DNA from: an uncultured Acidobacteriota bacterium
GTDB lineage: Bacteria > Acidobacteriota > Thermoanaerobaculia > Multivoradales > UBA5704
Assembly: GCA_963770895.1 (NCBI GenBank)
Contig: CAVYRF010000002.1
Coordinates: forward strand, 4,896,001 to 4,960,000
Direction: 5' to 3'
Length of the DNA: 64,000 nt
Within the stretch, counting starts at the first letter, position 1, and each line of letters opens with the position of its first letter. A program made the translations under genes and the position numbers. Below are positions 40,401-49,400 of this stretch, one piece after another. The notes beneath the pieces are model-generated. The model saw only the letters and a list, made by a program, of their open reading frames with translations. It was not told where the DNA came from and searched no databases.

Positions 40401-43400
40401 TCGCCGGCGTTGCTCGAATAGTTGCGCGACAGGTCGAGCGCGGGGCCGTGTCCGGGCAGCGACAGATCGTCGCGCGCCAGCGACAGGTGGCCGTCGAAGA
40501 GGTCGACGCCCTTGACGATGACGTGCCCGACCGGCAGGGTGTCACGGGAGCGGAACTCCGACACGATCGTGCCGGTCACGTCCTCGGTCGTGCCGTCGGC
40601 GTCGGCGACGCCGTGCAGGGTGTACTGGTAGGTGCCCGGCGCGAGCGAGTAGGCGGCCGGCGGCGTGCCTGCCGGCGACAGGATGACGCTCTGTTGCCCG
40701 GCGGCGTACTCCTGGCTCTGGAACAGGGTTTGGCTGGGGCCGTCGTTGGCGGAGCCGTCGGTGTTGAGGCTGGAGATAGGCGCCACGGTGAGGGTGACCT
40801 GGGCACCTTGGGCGAGCGTCCAGCTGAGCGGCGCCAGGGTCGGGCAGTAGCGCTGGTTGAGCAGGTCGACGTCCTGCGACACGTAGACCGCCGGCGCGTG
40901 GGTGGCGAAGATGCCCTGGTGCAGCGGCATGGTGAAGAGGTCGGAGTCGACCTCGTCGACGCTGCCGGCGTTGAGGATGAGCTGCGCCTGGTTGACGTTC
41001 TGCAGGCTGAAGGCCGCGCCGCGCGGGATGGTGGCCGTGCCGGTGGCGGTGGTGGCCGAGCCGACGGCGACCGAGGTGACGGCGCTGTTGGTGAGGAACT
41101 CGACGCTGGCGGTGGCCGCGGTGTAGGCCGGCGGATCGATGCCGTAGTTGACCTGGGTGCTGCCCGCCGTCTCGCCGCTGGCGGTCAGCACCATCGGCTG
41201 CGGCTGGGTGCCGCTCACCTGCGGGTTGAGGCCCCAGAGGGTGGCGACCTGGGAGGGCGACAGGGGTTGCGGGGTGGGCCCCACCAGCTGGCTCGACCCG
41301 TCAGGGAAGATGACCTGGGACAGCGTTTCGACGGTGCCCTGCACGGTGACGGCGTTGCTGGCGGGCGTGGCGCCGGCGGTGACGATGGCCGACGAGACCT
41401 TGGTGGTGGCGTCGTAGATCGTGGCGCTCGCCGAGCCGCCGTTGTCGACGGTGAAGGTCAGCGAGCCGTCGAGCGGGTGGAGCGTGAAGGTGGAATCGAA
41501 ATACGGATAGGGCTGGCCGCCGCCCGGCGGCGTGCGCATGGTGTAGGCGGCGAGCATGCCGACCAACTCGACCTGGATCGGCTTGGTGTAGGTGTGCCCG
41601 GCGCGCACGGCGTTGATGATCTGGCCGTAGGCGTTGACGTCGGCGGTGCCGGTCGGCGACAGGCCGGTCCATTCGCAGAAGTCCTGCTCGTCCGGCTGGC
41701 TGGGCTGACCGTTGGGTCCCTGCGTGCCGACCTTGACGCTGGGGTAGAAGACGAAGGGCGCCATGGTGAGCGTGCCGGCGGACACGTTGACCGTGTACAT
41801 GGCGGCGACGTCGTTGCCCAGGATCACGCCGGCTCCGGTGCCGTAGGCGTTGGTGGTGGTGACGACCGAGGGTCCGCCGCAGCTGCCCAGGATCGGCGAC
41901 GGGATGGGGCAGGCGGCCAGGTTGCCGTTGGGCGCCAGCGCGTCGTCGAAGACCGCCGCGTTCTGCTGGTTCGAGCCCGGCGGGTTGTTGCACTGCACGT
42001 CGTCGCGGCGCGCCGCCGGGCCGACGGCGAAGGTCACCGGCACGTTCGAGATCGAGTTGCCGAAGGAGTCCTGGACCTGGACGTGCACGTCGCCGGCGTA
42101 CATGCCGGGGTTGCCGCCCATCTGCTGGCTCGGCTCCTGGCTGACGATGGTCGCGGGCGGGCCGGGGAAGCCGTAGGCATAGAAGGGGGCGTCGGGGGAG
42201 AGCGCGCCGTCGTGGGTCGAGACCGAGGCGTCGACGAGCTGGACGAGCGCCTGGGTGGCATAGGCGTCGGTCGGGTTCTGCAGCAGGAACGCCGGGCTGG
42301 CCGCGGTCTGCTGGCCGAGGCGGATGGTTACCGCGGCGTGGCCGAGCGGGTCGGTGACGACCGCGACCGAGGTGCTTTCGGCCGAGGTCGCCGGATCGAC
42401 AAGGGTGCCGCCGCCGGTGCCCGCGGCGCTGGTGAAGGTGACGGTGGCCCCCTGGACGGGCTTGCCGGACGCGTCGCGCGCCACGACGGCGAGCTGGGCC
42501 GGCAGCAGGGTCCCCACCTGGCCCACCTGGTTGTTGGTCGCCGAGACGATGACCAGGCTGGCCGCCGAGAGCGGATCGGCGTTGGGCTGCACCGTGCCGT
42601 ACGGGTCTGCGAGCGCGTTGGCGGCGAACTGCAGCGTCCACTGGTCGGGCGACTCGGCGGAGGCGCCGCCGGCGAGGCCGCCGGCGATCAGGTAGGCGGC
42701 GCCGCCGCTCACCGGGTCCTCCACCACCCAGATCGAGCCGGTCCAGGAGTCGCGCGTGACGGCGGTCGCCGGCACGTCCACGGTGAGGCCCTGGCTCAGC
42801 CAGTTCTGGATGTCGGCCAGGACCGCCGCCGGCTGCTGGAGGTTGGACGGCAGCGGTGTGGCGTTCTGGGCGGTGAGGTGGAGCACCGGGATGCCGGCCT
42901 GGTTGGCGACGCCGATGCCCTTGTCGGCCGAGACGGAATCGACCTGGAAGTCCTGCTCGAAGGTGAGGTGCTCCCAGGACGAGCCTTCGAGCGCCGAGAC
43001 GCGCATCCAGTCGAAGGCGGTCGAGGGATCGGCGCCGCGCGCGAACGGTTCGGCGACGCGCAGCGGCGCGTCGAGGGTGACGCCCTGCCACTGGAAGGCG
43101 TAGGGGAGCGACGCCACCAGGTCGATGGTGACCGCGTTGCCGACCACCGACAGCGACGGCAGCGGCCGCATCACGCCGACGTCGAAGAGGCCGCCCAGCT
43201 CGGTTTCGGCCTGGTCCCAGTGCTGGCTGTAGGCGAGCGCCTCCTGGGAGAGGAGGTGGGCTCCCTGCGACTCGACGTCGCCGGGGTCGGGGGTGGCGGG
43301 CGCGGGCGGCGCGATCGCTTCTTCGGCCCCCACGTTGAGGGCGTAGTAGCTGCCGGCGGTGAGCGATTCGTCGATCGTCTCGCTGCCGTAGGGGCCGGCG

Positions 43401-46400
43401 AAGGTGACCTCCAGGCGGTGGGCGATGCCCATCGCGATCGGTTGGGTGCCGACGGTGTTGGCGGCGCCGTCGACGTCGATCTGCGGCAGGAGCTCGACCA
43501 GGTAGAGGGGCACCAGGTCCAGGCCGCCGAACGATTCGACGGTCAGCTCGTCGTCGGCGGTGGCCGGGATGTAGGAGAGCGTCAGGCGCTCGCCGGCCAC
43601 GGCGAGGACCGGCAGCGTCACGTCGAGCGATTCCTGGTCGGTCGGGTTGGGGCCGACCCGCGCCACCAGGTGGACGGTGTGGGCGACCGCGGGGGCGACC
43701 TGCGGCGCCTCGGAGGTGACCGCCACGACCGGCATCGGCAGCGAGCTCGGCAGCAGGCCCAGGGTCATGGCGTTGACCGTGCGCGTGCCGAGCTGCGCGG
43801 CGTAGGCCGGCGCGCCCGGCTGCTGCGCGAGGTAGCCGTTCACCGCCAGGCGGATCGCCGCCAGCGGGTCCTGCAGCTGCGGCGCCGCAAACGTCTGCTG
43901 GATGAGGCCGGACACCGAATAGCCCATCTGCCGCAGGACGCCCGTCGGCGGCAGGTCGGCGATCGTCTTGATCGCGGGCGCCAGCGGCAGCCAGGTGGCG
44001 CCCGAGACGTCCACCACCGCGCCGCGGTAGTTGGTGTAGGGCGCGTACACCTCGACCCAGGTATGGTCGACGTCGAACGCCGCGACGCCGCCCCCCTGCA
44101 CGACCGGTGTGTGTGCCACCCCGGCGCGCGAGAGCGCCGCGTCGACCGTCGTCACCAGGGTCGCGGGCGCGGCCGCCGACGGGTTGTCAGCGACGCCCAG
44201 GCTGGTCGCCAGCGCCGCCACCGGCAGCTGCACGACGCCGTGCACGTAGCGGGCGCCGGTGCCGCTCGCGCGCAGCAGGGCGATGAGCAGGCTGGCCTGG
44301 TCGACGTCGTTGCCGGCGCCCTGGCGCAGCGTGCCGACGGCGCCCTTCATCGAGCCGCCGTACCACTCGCCGCGGATGGTGTTGCGCACCCACTCGAAGA
44401 TCTGCACGTAGTCGTAGCCCAGGGCCGCCGCTTGCGCCGTGATCTCCGGCGTCAGCGGCGCTTCCGTGGTGCCCGCCAGATCCGCCGACCCGGCCGCCGC
44501 CGCCTGCGGATTGGCATACGCCGGCACCACGGCCGGCGACGTCGCCGGCGCCTGCGGCGCCAGCCCCTGGCGCCGGTAGGGCAGGAGGCTCGACCGCAGC
44601 TTGGGGTGCGGCGGCGACGCCAGCGCCGCGGCCAGCGCCTGCCGCACCCCGGCCAGCGCCTGGACCGCCGCGGCGCGCGCCGCCTGAGCGTCTGCCGGGG
44701 CAGCCGCCGGAGGAGAGGCGGCGGGGGCCGCCGGCGCGGCGGCGGTCGCACCGGTGGGCGCGGGTGCGGCGGGGGCGGTGCCGGGCGCCGCAGGCGCGGT
44801 GCTGGGCGCCGCAGGCGCGGTGCCGGGCGCACCGGGGGCGGTGCTGGGTGCACCGGGGGCGGTGCCGGGCGCACCGGGGGCGGTGCTGGGTGCACCGGGG
44901 GCTGTGCCAGGCGCGCCGGGGGCGATGCCGGGCGCACCGGGGGCTGTGCCGGGCGCACCGGGGGAGGTGCCGGGTGCACCGGGAACGGCTGCCGGGGCGG
45001 CGAGGGCCTTGCGCAGCGCTGCGAGCGGCGCGGCGATCGGTGCGAGCACGGCGTCCACGGCGCCGCGGTAGGTCGCCTGCGCTGTCGCCAGCCGATCGGC
45101 CGCCGTGGACGAAAGGTGGCGCTGCGCGACGTGCGCCGCCACTTCGGCGAAGCGCCGGCCCATCGCCGCGTCCGCCGCCTTGACGCGGTCGTAGGCGGCG
45201 AGCGCCGCCACTGGATCGATCGGCGCCGCTGCCGCGGCGCGGGCGGCGGTCGCTGTGGAGGCGGCGGAGGCGCCGCGGGCAGCCGTCGTCGTGGAGGCGG
45301 CAGAGGCGCCGGAAGACCCGGCGGTAGGTATGGCTGGCGGTGCGAGCGGCGCCGCGCCGCCGGCGCCGACGGGCGGCGGCACCTGGTAGCCGATGCCGGG
45401 GCGCCACGACAGGCCCGCGACCCTGGCCAGGGCGGCGAGCGCCGCGTTCACCTCGGTTTCGGGGCGGCCGGCGATGGTCCCGCTGCCGGGGGCCGCAGGC
45501 GCTGCCGCCGCGGCGGCGGAACGGTTGGTTCGCGCGGCGCCGGCCGCTCCGGGAGCGAGACCGCCCGGCGCTCCGGGCGCTCCGGCCGCCGCGGTGGGCG
45601 CCCGGCGCGGTGCGGGGAGCACGGCGCCGCCGGGAGTGGCGACGCTCTTGGCCATGGGGGAGGCCCCCGGCGCGCCCGCGGGGAGGGCCGCGCTGCCCGC
45701 GCGCGCCGCCGGCTGCATCGGCTTGCCGTCCTGGTGTTGGACCGGCACCGGCGACTGGCCGGGATGGACCACGGCGACGATCACCGGGATCTTGATCTTC
45801 GCCACCGCGCCCGGCGGTATGGAGGCCGGCGCGGACTTGGCGGACGCGGTGCCACCCGAACGCTGGCCGGGCGCCGTCGTGGTCGGCGCCGGGGTCGCCA
45901 GCGGGGCGCTTTTCGGCGCCGGGGCAGTCGGCGGCGACGCCGCGGGCTGTGCGGGTGCCGGTGTCTGGAGCCGTGCCGGAGCCTGGGGCGGTGCCGGCGT
46001 CTGGGGCGGTGCCGGCGCCTGGACCGCCGCAGCTTTGGCGGTCTGCGGCTGCTGGGTCTGGGCCGGCTGGGTCTTCACCTGCAGGGCCTGCGCCAGCTGT
46101 GCTTGCGCCGGCTGGGTCTGCGCCGGCTGGGTCTGCGCCAGCTGGGTCTGCGCCAGCTGGGTCTGCGCCAGCTGGGTCTGCTGAATCTGGGCCGGCTGGG
46201 CCTGTGCCTGCTGCATCTGCGCCGGCGGCGCCTTGACCGTTTGCGCCGGCGCCACGCCGGCGCCGCTGCCGATCCAGCCCAGGCTCAGGCCGAGCGCGGC
46301 CAGCGCGGCGCCCCGCCAGCGCCTGCCCGGCGCGGGGCGGTCGGGGTGGGTGGCGCCTGCGCCGGGTCGCAGGAGACCGCTGGAGTCGGCGGCGCGGCGT

Positions 46401-46447
46401 GCGGCGGGTCGGCTGCGGGTCGGCGGCATCGGGGTGGGATCGCTCAT
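34403..46447 (-). CDS. Full-length giant RHS polymorphic toxin (~4,014 aa): signal peptide, Gln/Ala/Pro linker, transglutaminase-like, Ig, DUF6531, RHS, pre-toxin, toxin
   Basis: RRWRGAALAALGLSLGWIG..APA-Q; IFEWVRN..DQASLLIALLRASG..HTWVE; GVDLFDGHL..RNYSS..GPLGVGWSHSYD; YD repeats; NPTVYLDPDGR; tip YLGDGYTEVSPGRYVSADGTRIIRF..HGHFE. Start placed at ATG 46447. Confidence 0.93.
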   Translation of the reverse strand: MSDPTPMPPTRSRPAARRAADSSGLLRPGAGATHPDRPAPGRRWRGAALAALGLSLGWIGSGAGVAPAQTVKAPPAQMQQAQAQPAQIQQTQLAQTQLAQTQLAQTQPAQTQPAQAQLAQALQVKTQPAQTQQPQTAKAAAVQAPAPPQTPAPPQAPARLQTPAPAQPAASPPTAPAPKSAPLATPAPTTTAPGQRSGGTASAKSAPASIPPGAVAKIKIPVIVAVVHPGQSPVPVQHQDGKPMQPAARAGSAALPAGAPGASPMAKSVATPGGAVLPAPRRAPTAAAGAPGAPGGLAPGAAGAARTNRSAAAAAAPAAPGSGTIAGRPETEVNAALAALARVAGLSWRPGIGYQVPPPVGAGGAAPLAPPAIPTAGSSGASAASTTTAARGASAASTATAARAAAAAPIDPVAALAAYDRVKAADAAMGRRFAEVAAHVAQRHLSSTAADRLATAQATYRGAVDAVLAPIAAPLAALRKALAAPAAVPGAPGTSPGAPGTAPGAPGIAPGAPGTAPGAPSTAPGAPGTAPGAPSTAPGAPGTAPAAPSTAPAAPGTAPAAPAPTGATAAAPAAPAASPPAAAPADAQAARAAAVQALAGVRQALAAALASPPHPKLRSSLLPYRRQGLAPQAPATSPAVVPAYANPQAAAAGSADLAGTTEAPLTPEITAQAAALGYDYVQIFEWVRNTIRGEWYGGSMKGAVGTLRQGAGNDVDQASLLIALLRASGTGARYVHGVVQLPVAALATSLGVADNPSAAAPATLVTTVDAALSRAGVAHTPVVQGGGVAAFDVDHTWVEVYAPYTNYRGAVVDVSGATWLPLAPAIKTIADLPPTGVLRQMGYSVSGLIQQTFAAPQLQDPLAAIRLAVNGYLAQQPGAPAYAAQLGTRTVNAMTLGLLPSSLPMPVVAVTSEAPQVAPAVAHTVHLVARVGPNPTDQESLDVTLPVLAVAGERLTLSYIPATADDELTVESFGGLDLVPLYLVELLPQIDVDGAANTVGTQPIAMGIAHRLEVTFAGPYGSETIDESLTAGSYYALNVGAEEAIAPPAPATPDPGDVESQGAHLLSQEALAYSQHWDQAETELGGLFDVGVMRPLPSLSVVGNAVTIDLVASLPYAFQWQGVTLDAPLRVAEPFARGADPSTAFDWMRVSALEGSSWEHLTFEQDFQVDSVSADKGIGVANQAGIPVLHLTAQNATPLPSNLQQPAAVLADIQNWLSQGLTVDVPATAVTRDSWTGSIWVVEDPVSGGAAYLIAGGLAGGASAESPDQWTLQFAANALADPYGTVQPNADPLSAASLVIVSATNNQVGQVGTLLPAQLAVVARDASGKPVQGATVTFTSAAGTGGGTLVDPATSAESTSVAVVTDPLGHAAVTIRLGQQTAASPAFLLQNPTDAYATQALVQLVDASVSTHDGALSPDAPFYAYGFPGPPATIVSQEPSQQMGGNPGMYAGDVHVQVQDSFGNSISNVPVTFAVGPAARRDDVQCNNPPGSNQQNAAVFDDALAPNGNLAACPIPSPILGSCGGPSVVTTTNAYGTGAGVILGNDVAAMYTVNVSAGTLTMAPFVFYPSVKVGTQGPNGQPSQPDEQDFCEWTGLSPTGTADVNAYGQIINAVRAGHTYTKPIQVELVGMLAAYTMRTPPGGGQPYPYFDSTFTLHPLDGSLTFTVDNGGSASATIYDATTKVSSAIVTAGATPASNAVTVQGTVETLSQVIFPDGSSQLVGPTPQPLSPSQVATLWGLNPQVSGTQPQPMVLTASGETAGSTQVNYGIDPPAYTAATASVEFLTNSAVTSVAVGSATTATGTATIPRGAAFSLQNVNQAQLILNAGSVDEVDSDLFTMPLHQGIFATHAPAVYVSQDVDLLNQRYCPTLAPLSWTLAQGAQVTLTVAPISSLNTDGSANDGPSQTLFQSQEYAAGQQSVILSPAGTPPAAYSLAPGTYQYTLHGVADADGTTEDVTGTIVSEFRSRDTLPVGHVIVKGVDLFDGHLSLARDDLSLPGHGPALDLSRNYSSNAGDEPGPLGVGWSHSYDSKIVVTPCGDVIVIGGEGSGMRFVGDGHGNFTPLRGYHGSLVANSADGSFDFYSKSGLRYHFIPGTSGAPSEFPLSYVADPNGLTTRLTYDTSDPTQPPLLLTVADDAGRALAFTYQKTAMQPTGEQRSLISQVAGPDGMAMSFQYDGYGNLTEASREGGSRVETYTYAVPPSYGLALRHKLIAAENQLDTATTTYQYGAAAIGLQGNVQVPSWNVTQLTEPMGGVTQFSYDLPDLVSRASQGLGVGVSDPRGKLTTYTLNQYGSALQIVDPLQDTTQMTWAVDDVLMTSRTDANGVTTSYTYDAYGNQVSEAVAVTDVQGQTHNYSIQTTYEPPANFTPPYIKQRVATRTDRNGVTTSYTYDGAGNLTQQQVTVHDDSGNQQILTIGNTYLPSGDRASTTDARGNTTAFTYDAYGNLATSKNPLGGVTATAWSVRSLPLTQTDPNGNVTSFAYDTLNRVTSKTYPLVGSAPAVETTAYDDVSDVVTRTDALGRVTTTTSDLQGRPVQIDNAAAGTKLYQYDLASNKTLETDWFDSASPRHDTTFQYDDAERLAGRTEPLGKTTAYTYDGVGNVASETLSDSSQPGFSTRVTHHTYDGLNRRIRTDRTSDSGLVSTLFTLDGNGNVTQQQDPLGRLTTITYDELNRMLQKDLPPWQTGSPTETVDTWDGNGNLVSERQRNQPQDRVHTAVFDPLNRAVQRTDSLGDTTTFEYDADGNTTRKIDPLLNTTNFAYDARNRLTQTTVLLNRVTQPNRSLVTTYGYDLVNNRISEQLPNGNAVTHAYDALNRLIATTDTIGAVSAATYDANGDPTTQTDANGNLTTDHYDALHRLVEQDLPASRTVTKAWDVAGNQVAETDPRGSITTYQFDRLDRLVQTTDPQPFAYTTTVTYDAVGNRLAQTDRKGQTTAFAYDSLNRLILTTAPQPLAYTQTFTYDGLGSKLTEVDRRGTLSSHTYDPEGRLTQTTKAGVLLQTIQYDPAGNRRFVTDANSNTTGYEYDERNLQTAEERPLAAITTFTLDTMGDRANATDPEGRVTTYTHDLRRHLLTETDNAGDTTTYAYDGDGNRIQRQRPAFPGQPWTYTYDAANRLTAVQDPVGDRTSYTYDLDSNRLTTTDGESKTTAWQYDILNRVTQKTYPDNAVESYAYDPNGNRTGLTDADGQTIAYAYDAIDRQTFATYPPPAPPTTDDLQSIALTYDPNNNPTAIQETWSGAPHTRQTAHTYDLFDRLLTVTDRYGLTLAYTYDPNGNRTSLQDPDNLVTRYTYDALNRLTAVNVNGAGITNYAYLRDSRIQTVTYPNGTNENTTYDAAARIQVQENRLGAATVLSHFQYQYDPDSNRTSQLEIRANGPAAGQTTTYTYDPADRLTGVAYPDQQVAYTYDKVGDRTTEKATSNADSSPLTNHTLTYNARHQLTTLTDNLNSAQSIAYTFDANGNQLAKTQNSTTTTFHYDVRDQLTAVSQASSTLGTYEYDYKGLRVLKQGALGYIHYTFDDKSVLLETDANNQTLAKYDYGPDRLLSQNQQTEGRSFYLFDALGSITDLTTTTGSLRATYQYDAWGNYRSTSGGSFNAFAFTGHELDIETGLYYFKARFYDPTIGRFLTEDPADGKTDNPPSLHRYLYAYANPTVYLDPDGRAASVNKQGTTFIVDENDHRQAVTTAQAKKDPVAFHLALVQQGGLTPAEADAIMVKAGIGDAINATTLTQVAKGVDKEVKKELKFAAKTFAVTAVGAATGGVATAAAAAAGAGAITATAVGGAVGGLAGQGTSDAIEGQVSSLGTYAGSAVGGAVLGAAIHGFTAGGGKTPSIFPSGTEIEAPAPPATKSTPDGDSTLEGEDGDIRLGDFVLRKSAAPKSDTQSPWETLRPEGQSGDNTGLNLRSSTPKGRAPEYFGGSVSESEFLDAALQYLGDGYTEVSPGRYVSADGTRIIRFGSHEVKAPQLHGHFEAGEGGKPSENTRVNIMPDQKPTPNPTEPQPPSPDNSPEPPS
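44770..44984 (-). repeat. 21-bp coding tandem repeat (APGTAPG) x10; x6 in the copy at ~17787-17917
   Basis: Units counted in both translations; 84-bp length difference. Confidence 0.85.
46044..46215 (-). repeat. 15-bp coding tandem repeat (QTQLA/QTQPA) after the signal peptide
   Basis: CTGCGCCAGCTGGGT units; shorter versions in the copies near 18920-19015 and 12720-12760. Confidence 0.75.
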
Positions 46448-46470
46448 CGTCGGTTCGAGAGGCGGCGCGG

Positions 46471-49400
46471 TCAATGGCCGACCGGCAGACAGCCGGTGAA
46501 CAGGGATTCGTTGGACTGGCCGCCGCCGCTGACCGAGGCGCCGACCAGGCTACCGTTGATGTTGCCGTTCGAGAAGGTGACCGCCGCCCGCGGCGCCAGC
46601 ACGGTGCCGGGGACGCCGATGCCGGACAGCGACAGGGTGGTGGCCTGGTAGAAGTTGTAGACCACCTGGCTGGCGGTGACGCCGGTCAGCTGGAAGCCGA
46701 AGTTCTGCATCTGGTCGGCGGTGCCGTTGACGTTGACCAGGGCGGTCGAGCCCGCCGGCACCTGGATGCTGAAGCTCACCGCGGCGGCCAGGTCGCTGCC
46801 GTGGACGCTGAAGACGTTGAGCGTCGGGTCGGTGCCGGCGAGCTGGATGGCCTTCCAGGGCTGGACGGTGGTGGTGCCGTTGGCGGCCAGGGTGCTCCAG
46901 TAGGTGGAGAGGATGGTGAGGGCGCGGCCGGTGCCGGCGAAGTCGAGCGGCTGGTCATGGCGCGCCGTGCCGTTGGGGATGTTGACGCTGGTGAGCGAAA
47001 GGGCGCTGCCATAGACGGCGTTGCCGTGGCTGACGGTGCCGCCGTTGAAGCTGAGCGAACCGCCGGCGATGAGCACGTCGTCGGTGCCGCCGGTGGCGGT
47101 GAGCGATTGGCCGACGCTGTAGCTCGCGAGCGTCGCGTTGCCGCCGGCGGCCAGGCGCCCTTGGGTGTCGGTGCCGCTCTGCGTCACGTTGCCGAGCGCG
47201 AAGAGGTTGAAGCGGCCGGCGGCGCCCAGCGGGTCGGCGCTGCACACCAGCGGGCAGGTGCCGCTGTCGTAGGAGACCAGCGCCGCGGTGAGGCTGGCGG
47301 CGGTCTGCGGGTCGGAGCCCGCGAGCGTTGTGCCGATCGCGTGCTGGGCCAGGAAGGCGTCGGCGTTGGCGGCCGCGGTCTGACCGCCGGTCGCGCCGCC
47401 CGCCGCCAGGTCCAGCGTGGTCGCCGCGAGCTGCTGGGCGAGGAGCCAGAGCGGGTCGTTGCCGGCGTAGCCGAGGATGCCGAGCACCGCGCCCTGGCCG
47501 TATGCCACGCCGCCCAGGGTGAGCGTGGACGCCGTCCAGCTCTCCAGGTGGTGGCGCCAGTAGGCCGGCGGCTGCGGGCAGAAGGGCCGCGGCAGCAGCA
47601 CCACCTGCGCCGCGCTCTTCGCCACCGCCGCCCCCGCGGGCTGGGTGAGGACCACCTGGAACTGCCGGTCGACGGTGTCGCCCGCGATGCCGAGCGCGGT
47701 CACCTGCACGCTTTGCTCGACGGTGCCGGGGGCGAAGGTGAGCGTCCCCGATGCCGTCTGGTAGTCGGTGCCGGCGACCGCCGTGTCGTCGACCGTCGCG
47801 TAGTGGACGGTGACGGCCTGGCTCGCGGCGCAGGAGAGCTTCACCTGTACCACGACCGGCTCCGACTGCCCGGCCGCCGGCGACAGCGCCGCCGCGTCGA
47901 GCGCCGCCAGCGCCGGCGTCTCGACCGCGACCAGGGACAGCCCGTCGAACCACGCCGTGCCGCCGCCGCCCGCGGGCAGCTGCGACAGGAGCCGCACGCG
48001 CACCCAGCCGGTGCCCGCCGGCGCCTGCCGCTGGTCGGCGACCGCGAGCCACCCCTGGGCGCTGGCGGTCCACCCCGAGTCGTAGGAGCCGAGCACGTTG
48101 ACGTTGGCCGCGTCGCGGTACTCGACGACGATGCGCGCCGTGCTCGCGGCCGCGCCGCCGCCGGCGTTGCCGGTCAGCAGGGCACCCTGGAAGGCGAACG
48201 TCTGGCCGCCCGCCGACGCGATCTTCTGCGCCCACGCCGACAGGTCCACGTCCTGCTTGATCTCGCCCGCCGCGTCCTGGGTCAGGAAGTCGTCGTCGCC
48301 CGCGAAGGGCGCCGGCGGCGCGCTGCCCACCTGCCAGGTGGTGCCGGCGACCAGGTCCCAATCCGGGATGAGGTCCGACGCCGTCGGCAGCTCGGCGCCG
48401 GGGTTTGCCAGCAGGTTGGGCGAGGCGCACGCCGGCCCGGCCTGGATGGTGCCGAGCGCCGTGCCGCGCGCGAGCGCCGCGCCCTGCGGCTGGCTGAGCT
48501 GCAGGTTGAAGCTGGCGGCGCCCGCGAGCTGCGGGTCGGCCAGCACCGGCACCAGGACGTCCTGCTGGACCGTGCCGGGGCTGAAGGTGAGGGTGCCCGC
48601 GACCGGCAGGAAGTCCACCCACGCCGCGGCCGTCCCGGCCACCGCCGCGTACTGGACGCTGACCGCGGTGGGCGCCGGCGCCGACAGGCTGACCGGGAAG
48701 AGTGCCGGCACGCTGCCGCTGGCCGGCGAGGTGACCGTGGTGTCGGCCACCGACAGGCTGAGCGGCAGGGTCACCCCGGTCACCGTCGGATCGCCTGCCT
48801 GCGGCGTCGACGGGTCGTCGGAGAGGAGAGTCGGCAGCCCCTGGACCGCCGCGCTCGCCTGGTTGCTGACCGCGCTGACGCCGGCCGGCAGCGGGTTGGC
48901 GATCACCACCTGGAAGGTGATGGTGACCGGCGCGCTGCCCAGGACGGTGCCCACCGTCACCTGCACCGGGTTTTGCCCGGCGACGGTGCCCTGGCTGGCC
49001 GTGATCGACCCCGCCACCAGGTTGGTGTTGGCCGGGATCGCGTCGGTCACGGTCACCGCGTTGGCCGGGCCGCCGGTGTTGGTGAGCGTCAGCGTGTACT
49101 TGAGGGTGTCGCCCGGGCTCACCACGCCGTTGCCGTCGGCGTCCACCAAGAGCGCCGCGGTCTTGGTGAAGGTCAAGGCCGGCGGCGCCGCGGCCTCGAT
49201 CGCGAACGACACGCCGGCCTGCGACTGGTTGCCGGCCGCGTCGACCGCCGCGACCTGCAGCTGGTAGTTGCCGGCGGCGCTCACCTGCGTGCCCGACACG
49301 AACGGCTGCCCGTTGAGCGTGGCCGTGACCGTCCCCGGATGGGCATCGGTCACCGTCACCACCGGCGTCACCGGCGCCGTGTAGGTCGCGCCGTTGGTCA

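Noticed and set aside
1338-46447. Diversity-generating retroelement or integron explaining the repeats and cassettes
   Set aside because: No reverse transcriptase, integrase, attC-like sites or adenine-specific variation seen.
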